A stretch of DNA of 46,080 nt. It comes from an uncultured archaeon. GTDB taxonomy: Archaea; Asgardarchaeota; Lokiarchaeia; Sigyniarchaeales; SOKP01. Location of the stretch: contig CAYLZE010000033.1 of assembly GCA_964388035.1 (NCBI GenBank), positions 1 through 46,080 of the forward strand, written 5' to 3'. The notes under the pieces were generated by a model that was not told the DNA's origin, did not search any database, and worked only from the letters and a program-made list of their open reading frames with translations. The position numbers and the translations under genes are program-made. Shown one piece after another: positions 9,590 to 18,656 of this stretch; position 1 is the first letter of the stretch; the number at the start of each line of letters is the position of its first letter.

Positions 9590-10033
9590 ATGCTAATGAA
9601 TAAAGAAAGATTATTTAGATACAAGGAAAAATTAGAATATTTAGAGGTAACAATTAGCAATTTGGAAGAATGGACTCGGGATCTCCAAGAACAGGAATTT
9701 CTCGATTCTTCAAAATTGCAATTTAGATACGGAATTTATCATGCGTTTCAAATTGCCGTTGAAATTATTACAGATTTGATTGCAATGATAGGCAAGGATG
9801 AAAAAATAGTACCTAAAGACGATTATTCAAATATTACAGATATAATGAAAAGAGAAATAATTGATGTGAAACTTGGCGAAAATTTAAAAGAGGCAAATGG
9901 GTTAAGAAATAGAATTGTGCATGATTATAACGGATTAGATGATTCAATTGCTTATGAACGCATGATAATTCTCATGAATTCATTTCACCAATTCATTAAA
10001 GAGGTAAATGCATGGTTGAAGAAAAATTCTTAA
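9590..10033 (+). CDS. HEPN/HepT-like RNase toxin (DUF86)
   Basis: RNRIVHDY matches the RX4HXY motif. Confidence 0.9.
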   Translation: MLMNKERLFRYKEKLEYLEVTISNLEEWTRDLQEQEFLDSSKLQFRYGIYHAFQIAVEIITDLIAMIGKDEKIVPKDDYSNITDIMKREIIDVKLGENLKEANGLRNRIVHDYNGLDDSIAYERMIILMNSFHQFIKEVNAWLKKNS

Positions 10034-10407
10034 AGCAAATTAAAAATGATTTTCTTAAAATAATTGAGCATAAGAAAATATTGGGAATTCTTTTATTTGG
10101 CTCTTACCTCAACCAAATGGAAACACCTAGAAGTGATATCGATCTTTGCGTTGTAGCGCCAAAAGAAGACCCTGCTAGTCTTTTATCATTTATTTTACAA
10201 AACATTAATGTCAATTTAAGAAAATATGATGTTAGGTTATTTAAAGAGCTCCCTTTGTATATAAAGATTCAAATAATTGAAAATGGACTATTAGTCTATT
10301 CTCCGGATAAATTTGATCTTTATGAATTTTTTTATGTATATCGGAAATTATGGAATGATCAGAAACATCGACAGATGATTACCAAGGAAGAATTGCTTTC
10401 ATTTTAG
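10012..10407 (+). CDS. Minimal nucleotidyltransferase (MntA-like antitoxin)
   Basis: LFGSYLNQMETPRSDID matches GSX10DXD; overlaps the HEPN gene end. Confidence 0.92.
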   Translation: MVEEKFLKQIKNDFLKIIEHKKILGILLFGSYLNQMETPRSDIDLCVVAPKEDPASLLSFILQNINVNLRKYDVRLFKELPLYIKIQIIENGLLVYSPDKFDLYEFFYVYRKLWNDQKHRQMITKEELLSF

Positions 10408-10595
10408 AATAAGTGAGGTCATGGAATAGAATGTTCTAATTTCTTCTTAATGAAAAGAAATCCCTAGAAATTCACCTTATTTAGAATAGAATTTATTCCA
10501 TTTATTTTCCATGGGTTCCATGCTGAAAAATAGTGATTATTTGTAGAATAAATTTAATAGAAGTCGAAATTTTAATAAAAAGAATGTATTAAGTT

Positions 10596-11357
10596 ATGAC
10601 AAGGAGAGAGAAAATGTCATCAAGAAATAATAAAAAGGATTTTGAACGATATTCTCGACAAATTATATCTCCTTCCATTGGAGAAAAAGGACAAGAGATA
10701 TTAAGTAATCTGAGAGTTTTACAAATCGGGGTGGGAGGATTGGGATCCCCTTTTGCTTTATATATCGCGGCCGCAGGTATTAAAGAACTTACCATCATTG
10801 ATAATGACGTAATTTCAATATCAAACCTGCAACGACAAATCCTTTATGGTGAAATGGATTTGGGTAAGGACAAGGTGGGAGTGGCTAAAAAAGTTTTGGA
10901 AGGTAAGAATTCTCAATTAGAGATTAAAGCATATAAAGATTTTGTGGATGAAAAATCCATTAAAAAATATTTGAATAATCAAGATTTTATCGTGGATTGT
11001 AGCGATAATTTAAAAACGAAATTTTTAGTGAATAAGGTTGCCGTTGAAAATAACATGCGATGCGTGATTGCCGGTATTAAGGATTTTTATGGTCAAATTC
11101 TCACGATTAATCCTAAAAAAAGTGCTTGTTATCAATGCATCTTTTCAGAACCTACTGAAACCGATTCAAAACAAGGTCCTTTACCTGTCATAGGGGTGAC
11201 ACCGGGCATTTTGGGTACCTTAGAAGCTTTAGAAGTGATTAAGACGGCTTTAGGATTGCCCAATTTAGAAAATAAGCTATTAATGGTAAATTTGTTAGAA
11301 TTATCCTTTAATATTATTGATGTAAAGAGAAGTGAAAAATGTATCTGTTCTAGATAA
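10596..11357 (+). CDS. HesA/MoeB/ThiF (E1-like) adenylyltransferase
   Basis: RYSRQ, GVGGLGS, SNLQRQ, DCSDN, CYQC; true start may be the ATG at 10614 after AGGAG. Confidence 0.93.
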   Translation: MTRREKMSSRNNKKDFERYSRQIISPSIGEKGQEILSNLRVLQIGVGGLGSPFALYIAAAGIKELTIIDNDVISISNLQRQILYGEMDLGKDKVGVAKKVLEGKNSQLEIKAYKDFVDEKSIKKYLNNQDFIVDCSDNLKTKFLVNKVAVENNMRCVIAGIKDFYGQILTINPKKSACYQCIFSEPTETDSKQGPLPVIGVTPGILGTLEALEVIKTALGLPNLENKLLMVNLLELSFNIIDVKRSEKCICSR

Positions 11358-11448
11358 TATTGATGCTTGGACTTACTTGTTTGCATAAGTATACCATTTG
11401 GACAACATTATGGGTTGCACGATATTGGAATAGGTTAGAAAAATGGCA

Positions 11449-11982
11449 TTAGGAGTTTTTTAGGAAATACTCTTTAAAAATCATACCATTTTTTGCGTAA
11501 GTACTTGAAGTTTTTGCCCCGACTAAGGGTTCTTCTTCGGGTAATGTCTTTACTATTTTCGCAGGAATCCCAACTACCATCGAGCGTGGAGGAATTTCCT
11601 TATTAACAAGCACGGCTCCAGCTGCCACTAGACATCCCTCACCTAATTTTGAAGTGGCAAGAACGGTTGAGTTTATTCCTATTAAACAACCATTTTTTAT
11701 CTCACAAGGACCGTGCACCATTGCATGATGTCCAATAATGCAATCATCCCCGATCTCTACTTCTGTTCCTTCCTCAACATGAATGGTCACATGTTCTTGA
11801 ATACTTGTTCTTTTACCAATTCTTATCGCGCCCCAATCTCCTCTGATCACGGCTCCGAACCAAATATTGGACTCTTCTTCGATTGTAACATCTCCAATGA
11901 TAACGGCATTGGGAGCAATAAATACGGATTCATGAATTTTGGGTTCCTTACCATTTCTTGGACTGGGTATAATTATTGCCAT
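11449..11982 (-). CDS. Gamma carbonic anhydrase family protein
   Basis: Hexapeptide repeats, IWFGAVIRGD, His ligands in TIH and IGHHAMVHG, GIPAK. Confidence 0.93.
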   Translation of the reverse strand: MAIIIPSPRNGKEPKIHESVFIAPNAVIIGDVTIEEESNIWFGAVIRGDWGAIRIGKRTSIQEHVTIHVEEGTEVEIGDDCIIGHHAMVHGPCEIKNGCLIGINSTVLATSKLGEGCLVAAGAVLVNKEIPPRSMVVGIPAKIVKTLPEEEPLVGAKTSSTYAKNGMIFKEYFLKNS

Positions 11983-12152
11983 TTAACATCTCTTCTAAAA
12001 TCAATTTTAAAGTTAAATTAGTAAATTTTTTTCGACATTAAACTCTTTAGGTTTAAAAATTGAGACTATTTATTTTTTTAATAAGACCCAGTATTAACTT
12101 ACTTTTACAAAAAATGAATTAAAAATAATGAAGATTAGGTTAAATCACATCA

Positions 12153-13532
12153 TTATTTATTGTCCTTTTGTATCCGTCTTTTTGAGCATGAATAATTCTG
12201 TAATGCCTTGATGGCTCTAACAGCTCTATCGCAACTAGGGTAAACGGGATAACCGTAACCATGGAATTTTATCCTTTCATTTTTTTCATCCTCAAATCCA
12301 CCAAAATATACAATTACTACAGGTTTCTTGATTTTCTCAAGGCTTTCTTTTAGAATATCTGCTGCATTTGGAATGGGGTCTGCAAAAATTATTAAAAATA
12401 CATCAACATCTTCATTTGATACATTCTCATCTATTACCTTTTTATAAGTATTCGGATCCAGGGATGACGGGCCAAGGTCTAAGGGATTACTTAAAACACT
12501 TAAAGGAGGCATGACTTTCACTAGTTTTTCTTTTATTTTGTCATTTAATGAAGCTAATTTCAATCCATTTAATTCTATGGAATCAGAAGCAAGGGTACCA
12601 GCACCCCCAGATGATTCTATTATAAAAACATTATTGCCTTTAATTTCAGAATAATAAGAAAACATTTTTGAAAAATCATATAATTCTTCCAGTGTATTCG
12701 CAATCATGATTCCAGCTTGCCCGGAAGCCGCTTCAAATATTACGCTATTTCCTCCTATTGAGGATGTGTGAGAAAAGCATGTTTTCATTCCATATTCCGT
12801 TCTGCCACCTTTCAGAAGAACAATTGGTTTAATTATACTTACTTCTTTTCCAATTCTTATAAAATCTTTACCATGAGAAAAGCCTTCAAGATAAAGAGAG
12901 ATAACTTTTGTGTTAGGATCATCTTTTAAGTATTCAAGTAATTCATTTTCATCTATATCAGATTTATTGCCTAAATTGATCAATTTGCTAATGCCTAAAT
13001 TATCATCTTCGGCGGAACTTTGTATCCCTCCCGAGACAGATCCACTTTGAGAAATTATTGCGATAGAACCGAGTTTAGCGGTGAATCCACCAAAAGTAGT
13101 AATGAGTCCATTGTGAGGATTGGTAATTCCTTGGCAATTTGGCCCGATAATTCTAATTTTTTCTTTTTTGGCAAATTGGACCAATTTTTCTTGTAGCTTT
13201 AATCCTTCTTCTCCCGCCTCTTTAAAACCTGAGGAAATAATCACGGTTGACCGGACATGCTTGACCGAGCAATCTTGAATCACGCTTAATACAAATTTTG
13301 CTGGAACTACTATTATTGCCAAATCCAATTCATCCGGTACATGTTTAATTGAAGCATAAGCTTTGAGCCCCTGAATTTCAGAATCATTGGGATTTATTGG
13401 ATAAATCTTGCCTGTATATCCATAAATTAGAAGATTTCTGAGGATACTTGCTCCAATTTTATGAATATCTGAAGATGCTCCTACGATTGCAACTCCCCTG
13501 GGATTGAAAAAATTATCAATAGCAGTTTTCAA
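12153..13532 (-). CDS. acdA: ADP-forming acyl-CoA synthetase, alpha subunit
   Basis: PRGVAIVGAS, SSGFKE, IIGPNCQG, ISQSG, SHT phospho-His, NPLDL; TTG start; no beta subunit in the window. Confidence 0.9.
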   Translation of the reverse strand: MKTAIDNFFNPRGVAIVGASSDIHKIGASILRNLLIYGYTGKIYPINPNDSEIQGLKAYASIKHVPDELDLAIIVVPAKFVLSVIQDCSVKHVRSTVIISSGFKEAGEEGLKLQEKLVQFAKKEKIRIIGPNCQGITNPHNGLITTFGGFTAKLGSIAIISQSGSVSGGIQSSAEDDNLGISKLINLGNKSDIDENELLEYLKDDPNTKVISLYLEGFSHGKDFIRIGKEVSIIKPIVLLKGGRTEYGMKTCFSHTSSIGGNSVIFEAASGQAGIMIANTLEELYDFSKMFSYYSEIKGNNVFIIESSGGAGTLASDSIELNGLKLASLNDKIKEKLVKVMPPLSVLSNPLDLGPSSLDPNTYKKVIDENVSNEDVDVFLIIFADPIPNAADILKESLEKIKKPVVIVYFGGFEDEKNERIKFHGYGYPVYPSCDRAVRAIKALQNYSCSKRRIQKDNK

Positions 13533-13870
13533 TTTTCATCCCCTATAATGTACTTTCATGAGTAATATAAATTAAAATTAATGAGAAACTATAAACTTCG
13601 CTACATTATATTCTTCAATTCCCCTCTATTTTGCACTTTCGAAGATGATGGATAATAAAAACCTTTTATATTCTCCCATAGCAACTTTAATTAAAATTAA
13701 TGATAACTATTATCTTCCCTATTTAAGAACAAAATTGAATTCGTTTAAGAGAGCGAATAATTATTTGTAACCTTAAATCATTTCTTTAAACAAATAGAAA
13801 AAGTTCCTAAATAATTAAATAATTAATATCTTTTTCATGGATTAAGGAAAATGAAGAAAAAAAATGCTAA

Positions 13871-15550
13871 TTAATCGAACAAGTTTGCTTCTTTTATAAT
13901 TTCGGCATGATCAAATGCTAAATCAAGCTTCTTTAATTTTCCTTTTGGAATGAGTTCGATTCCTAATGATTCGATTCCGGCTTTCAAGCTTTTAATATCC
14001 GATACGATCATGCATTTAAATGCAGTAGTATGGATTTCACCACGAGGATCCCGTCCCTTTTCGCTAAAAGTTCCAATTTTATTAATGATCCGAATTTCTA
14101 AATTTGTTTCTTCTTTTACTTCTCTTTTCAACGCTTTTTCCAAGTTTTCTCCTTTTTTGATAAATCCGCCTGGTAAGGCGTAATAATCTTTAAAGGGGGG
14201 ATACTTTCTCTTGATTAATACCACGTTTCCCTCTCCATCTTCAATCACGGCATCAACTGTTCTTCCTATGGTTGATTCTTTCCTTCCTACCTTCAAGTAA
14301 ATATAATATGTTATGGTAAGGATTAAAATCCCGATTATAAATATTGCTATCATTCCATTCAGAAATGTTGTTAGAAAATCTCCTTCTTGCAATCTTAAAG
14401 CAATCATGATGAGTCCTGCTAAATCTGCCAAAATGCCAGCTCCGAATAATAAATTTAATAAATTTAATCCTCGTTCAGTACGGGCTTGAACTTCATCACT
14501 CTTTTTTCGGTATAGATCTTGCATCGAGTTGAATAGAATATCAAATTTATCGTTTACTCTTTTGATTACATCATCCAAATTATACAAACTGAGCAGATGC
14601 ATTAAAACGGTCGTATAGTGCTGCCGCCTGTTATAGTCCAGTTCATTATAAATTAAACTTAATTTAGTTTGTATCATTCCTCTTAGATATTTTAGATTAT
14701 TGATTTTTGTTTCCAGGTCCTTTAAGTTGATAAATTCTTCAGAAAGCGTTTTTAGGAATAATAGATCCAGGGATTCGTTAATGGAACGTAAAGCAAATAA
14801 GACTGTTCTCATTTTCGGTGTAGGATCCAACACGAATGCTCTCATGTAAGAATCAAAAAATTTTTCATAGTTTTCTTCTGCCATGTATATAAACCCAGAA
14901 TTTCTGCGAATAAAATGCAATTCGGACAGTCTATTGGAAAGGTTGTTTTGAACCCTTCTTTCGTGAAGCTCGTCAGTATAATCTTCCCACTGTCCTGAAT
15001 AAATTTCTGTCCAATTCCCGATATTTTTTTTGTGTAATTCGATATTTTGTTGGCTCCATTCGATTTCTTGAGGCAGAGTCTTATTAGATGTGGCAAAGAT
15101 ATAAATAGGGCTTTCTATATCTAAATATAATCCTTTTTTTTCTGGCTTGGAATTATATTTTTTAAGATTGTTTAAAACAATATATGGTATTTGTTGAATT
15201 AATAGAGGTGTGAGTTTTCTTTTCTTGGTGGGGTCATTTTCAAAGTATTCCGCGTCAAATTGAAAATAACCTAAAGTATTAAATTGTCGATCGGAATTTT
15301 CATCCTTATAAGGAAAATCCTCCAAATAAGGTACCCAAGTACATTTTAAGGATAAATTCTGAGTCATTTCAATCAGAGCATCCTTAAGATCCTTTCGGAA
15401 AATATCTGCATCGGATAAATTATCAAGTTTTGATTTTATTAATTGTTCGATCTCTTCTGCTTCAGCTTCTCCAAAGAGGAGATCATCATTTAAAAAAGCA
15501 CTTATATACCAAAATTCTTCCTTATATAAGAATTGTAGTTCAGGTTCCAT
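13871..15550 (-). CDS. Membrane protein: large soluble N-domain, helical stalk, 2 TM helices, C-terminal Nudix hydrolase
   Basis: Nudix box GGFIKKGENLEKALKREVKEETNL plus DPR and LAFDH; two hydrophobic helices immediately before it; start placed at MEPELQ. Confidence 0.85.
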   Translation of the reverse strand: MEPELQFLYKEEFWYISAFLNDDLLFGEAEAEEIEQLIKSKLDNLSDADIFRKDLKDALIEMTQNLSLKCTWVPYLEDFPYKDENSDRQFNTLGYFQFDAEYFENDPTKKRKLTPLLIQQIPYIVLNNLKKYNSKPEKKGLYLDIESPIYIFATSNKTLPQEIEWSQQNIELHKKNIGNWTEIYSGQWEDYTDELHERRVQNNLSNRLSELHFIRRNSGFIYMAEENYEKFFDSYMRAFVLDPTPKMRTVLFALRSINESLDLLFLKTLSEEFINLKDLETKINNLKYLRGMIQTKLSLIYNELDYNRRQHYTTVLMHLLSLYNLDDVIKRVNDKFDILFNSMQDLYRKKSDEVQARTERGLNLLNLLFGAGILADLAGLIMIALRLQEGDFLTTFLNGMIAIFIIGILILTITYYIYLKVGRKESTIGRTVDAVIEDGEGNVVLIKRKYPPFKDYYALPGGFIKKGENLEKALKREVKEETNLEIRIINKIGTFSEKGRDPRGEIHTTAFKCMIVSDIKSLKAGIESLGIELIPKGKLKKLDLAFDHAEIIKEANLFD

Positions 15551-15769
15551 TTTACAACATCTAGTTTTTTTAATACAAATTAAATACATAAGAAAAGGAA
15601 TCATATTTAATTTTAATCATTTTGATTAAGCATGTTAAGCATATCTACTAAAGGATGCCACTAACTCCATCTTCATTCTGCGATTTAATTTATATAAAGA
15701 TTCAAAAATCCTTTTAATATTAAAAGAATTTAATCTTTTACTAGCGTAGAAAGTAAAAAATTAGAAAGT

Positions 15770-16987
15770 ATGGCTCCCATGAAATATACAAATGAACTAG
15801 CTCAAAAATATTCTAATTTAACTCGATCCCTAAATGAAGAATATATAAATATTCATCCCATTCAAAGAGGAGGGATGCTTACTCCTGAAGCATTTAAAGC
15901 CCTAGTAGATTATGGAGATGGGTATAGTTTATGCGATAACTGTTTGAAAGGACGCATTGATAAAATTGAAAATCCTCCTGTATTGGACTTTTTGAATGAT
16001 CTGGCAAACTATTTAAACATTGATAATGCAATGGTAACCGCAGCTGCAAGAGAAGCTAAACGATTGACAATGGAGGTTCTCTCCAAGAAATATCCTAAAA
16101 GAAAGACCGTGATTATTGATAGTTTGGCACATTATACTACATATCTCGCGATTGAAGCAAACAATCTTAAAGTAAAAGAAGTACCCAATTCGGGATACCC
16201 TGATTTTTCCATCGAAAAGGAGGACTATGAACAAATAATTAAAAATGTAATAAAAGAAGAAGGAGAATTACCATTATTAGTAGTACTAACCCATGTTGAC
16301 TATAAGTACGGAAATTATAATCATCCTCAACCTATTGGGGAGATTTGCCAAAAGTATGGAATCCCTTTCTTATTGAACGCCGCATACTCTGGAGGAGTGC
16401 TCCCAATTAATTGTAAAAAAGATTTAATAACCTTTATTTCATGTAGCGGGCACAAATCCATGGCGGCTTCCGGACCGATTGGAGTTCTAGGGTTTAACGA
16501 TGATTTTTATGATGATGTAATGAAAAATTCCTCTATTCAAGGTAATTTAACATCAAGAAGCTTTCCGAATAAGATCTGCACGCTCATGGGTTGCCCACCA
16601 GTGTACGGAGCACCGTTAATCACGCTAATGGCCAGTTTTCCTGAAATTGTAAAAAGAACTCAAGAAAAGCAGGTAAAAGAAGAATCAAAAAAAGCAAATT
16701 TTGTAATTGAAAACATTAAATCCATTAAAGGAGTGAAAGTATTAGGCAAATTACCGAAAATCCATCCTTTAACTAATATCGAAACGAGTGGATTTGCTGA
16801 AGTTGCAAAAAATCATCCGAGGAGAGGTTTTTTCTTGCGAGATGAATTTAAAGAAAAAGGAATCATCGGATTGCTTCCGGGAATTTCGAAAGAAATGAAA
16901 TTTAATGTTTATGGTCTCACATGGGCTCAAGTAAATTATTTTATAGAAACTTTCCAGTCAATCGCTAAACTTTATAAGCTCATCTAA
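15770..16987 (+). CDS. pscS: O-phospho-L-seryl-tRNA:Cys-tRNA synthase (SepCysS)
   Basis: INIHPIQRGG, GDGYSLCDNC, AHYTT, LLNAAYS, SGHKS (PLP Lys), MGC third cysteine. Confidence 0.95.
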   Translation: MAPMKYTNELAQKYSNLTRSLNEEYINIHPIQRGGMLTPEAFKALVDYGDGYSLCDNCLKGRIDKIENPPVLDFLNDLANYLNIDNAMVTAAAREAKRLTMEVLSKKYPKRKTVIIDSLAHYTTYLAIEANNLKVKEVPNSGYPDFSIEKEDYEQIIKNVIKEEGELPLLVVLTHVDYKYGNYNHPQPIGEICQKYGIPFLLNAAYSGGVLPINCKKDLITFISCSGHKSMAASGPIGVLGFNDDFYDDVMKNSSIQGNLTSRSFPNKICTLMGCPPVYGAPLITLMASFPEIVKRTQEKQVKEESKKANFVIENIKSIKGVKVLGKLPKIHPLTNIETSGFAEVAKNHPRRGFFLRDEFKEKGIIGLLPGISKEMKFNVYGLTWAQVNYFIETFQSIAKLYKLI

Positions 16988-17301
16988 GGAAATAACTTAA
17001 ATAATACACGGGTACTAACTAAAAGCTCCTATTTTCTTTACTCTCAACGAGTTTTATTGGAACTACATAAATTTAAATAGATGAATGATTATTTAGTTAA
17101 ATAGATATTTGATCAATATTTTATTTATTAAATTATTGAAAATTGTTCAACAATATTCATAAGTAGCTTGAATAGATTTAAATATATTGAAAAACATTTT
17201 TAAATTAGGGAAAAAAATAATTACCAATTCTTTAAAAATCTAAGGAGTTATCGGTAAGCCCCCAAAAATTATTTTAAAAGATAGATAAAAACGACTATAT
17301 T

Positions 17302-18624
17302 GTGATTTCAAAAAGTATTCGCAACACGGGCATTGACCTTGTCGGCGGAGTTCCTTGGGGAACGCACATTAGTTACTTTTATTACTCAAATTTAGATTTA
17401 TATAAACATCTTATCCCCTTCTTCAAAGAAGGATTGGAAAATAATGAATATTGCATTTGGTTCATATCTAAAAATATTAATCGAGATGAAGCAGTCAGGT
17501 TTTTGAAAAAGGAAATTGCTGATTTCGAATATTATTTAGAAGAAGGATTTTTTCAGTTCTATGATTATAAACTAATTTTTTATGAAGAAAAGCAATTAAA
17601 CCTTGAAGCAGCATTTAAAAAAATAATAAATATATATGATGATTTAGTTACTGAAAATTTTGAGGGTTTGAGAATTTCATTTGATTCAGCGTGGATTAAG
17701 AAAAAAGATTTTCAACAATTTTTGGATTTTGAAATTCATTTGGATAATATTATCAAAGATTATCAAATGATAGCATTAAGTACTTACCCAATTAACAAGT
17801 TTTTCAAGTATGAAATCTTGGATATAGCTAGTTCTCATCAATATGTATTATTTAACAAGAATGGGGAACTTAGAATAATCGAAAATTTTGAAAGAAAAAA
17901 AGTGGAAGAGGAAAAAAAGATTTTTTCGGTCTTATCAAAAGGTATTGCCCATAATCTTAACAAGTTTTTAACAGTTATTAAAGGATACAACGATCTTGCC
18001 CTTACAAAGGTTGAGAAAAAATCGGAAGTATATGATTATCTCAAGGAAATAAAACATTCCGTCAATAACTTTGAGAATTTAATTGGTGAGTTTATAAAAC
18101 TGGGGCTTAATGATGATGAGGAAGGTTATATTGACGTTGAAATAAACGACGTAATAAAGAAACTCTTGGACATGTTAACTCATTTAATTACAGAAAATGT
18201 CAAAATAAAGACTGATCTCGATCCTCATTTGTGGAAAATAAAGGCAAATGAAATTAAAATCGAACAATGCTTCATGAATTTAATATTAAATGCAAAAGAT
18301 GCCATGCCAGAAGGGGGAATTCTTGCCATCTCAACCAAAAATGTTCAAATTAATGAGGAAAGTAATTTAACTATTCCTCACTCTCGACCAGGGAAATTCA
18401 TCCTTATATCCGTGAGGGATAACGGTATTGGCATGAGTGAAACTACGCTTAAAAAACTTTTTAAACCATTCTTCACGACTAAAAAAGAGCAGAAAGGAAC
18501 GGGTTTAGGATTATCCATCACTCAAATTTACGTCATTCAGCATGGTGGATGGATAAATGTGAAAAGCAAACTAAATGAAGGTTCCCAATTTGATATCTAT
18601 TTACCGACATTAAATTCCCATTAA
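17302..18624 (+). CDS. MEDS-domain sensor histidine kinase
   Basis: VPWGTHISYFY..FFKEGLENNEYCIW (MEDS); GIAHNLN H-box, NLILNAKDAM, DNGIGM, PFFTTK, GTGLGL. Confidence 0.92.
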   Translation: MISKSIRNTGIDLVGGVPWGTHISYFYYSNLDLYKHLIPFFKEGLENNEYCIWFISKNINRDEAVRFLKKEIADFEYYLEEGFFQFYDYKLIFYEEKQLNLEAAFKKIINIYDDLVTENFEGLRISFDSAWIKKKDFQQFLDFEIHLDNIIKDYQMIALSTYPINKFFKYEILDIASSHQYVLFNKNGELRIIENFERKKVEEEKKIFSVLSKGIAHNLNKFLTVIKGYNDLALTKVEKKSEVYDYLKEIKHSVNNFENLIGEFIKLGLNDDEEGYIDVEINDVIKKLLDMLTHLITENVKIKTDLDPHLWKIKANEIKIEQCFMNLILNAKDAMPEGGILAISTKNVQINEESNLTIPHSRPGKFILISVRDNGIGMSETTLKKLFKPFFTTKKEQKGTGLGLSITQIYVIQHGGWINVKSKLNEGSQFDIYLPTLNSH

Positions 18625-18656
18625 CTGAATTTAGTTCTTTAAGAAATTATACTTAT

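Noticed and set aside
15770-16987. Selenocysteine synthase (SepSecS) or a selenoprotein locus
   Set aside because: Motifs match SepCysS; I noticed no in-frame TGA at a catalytic Cys position and no convincing SECIS
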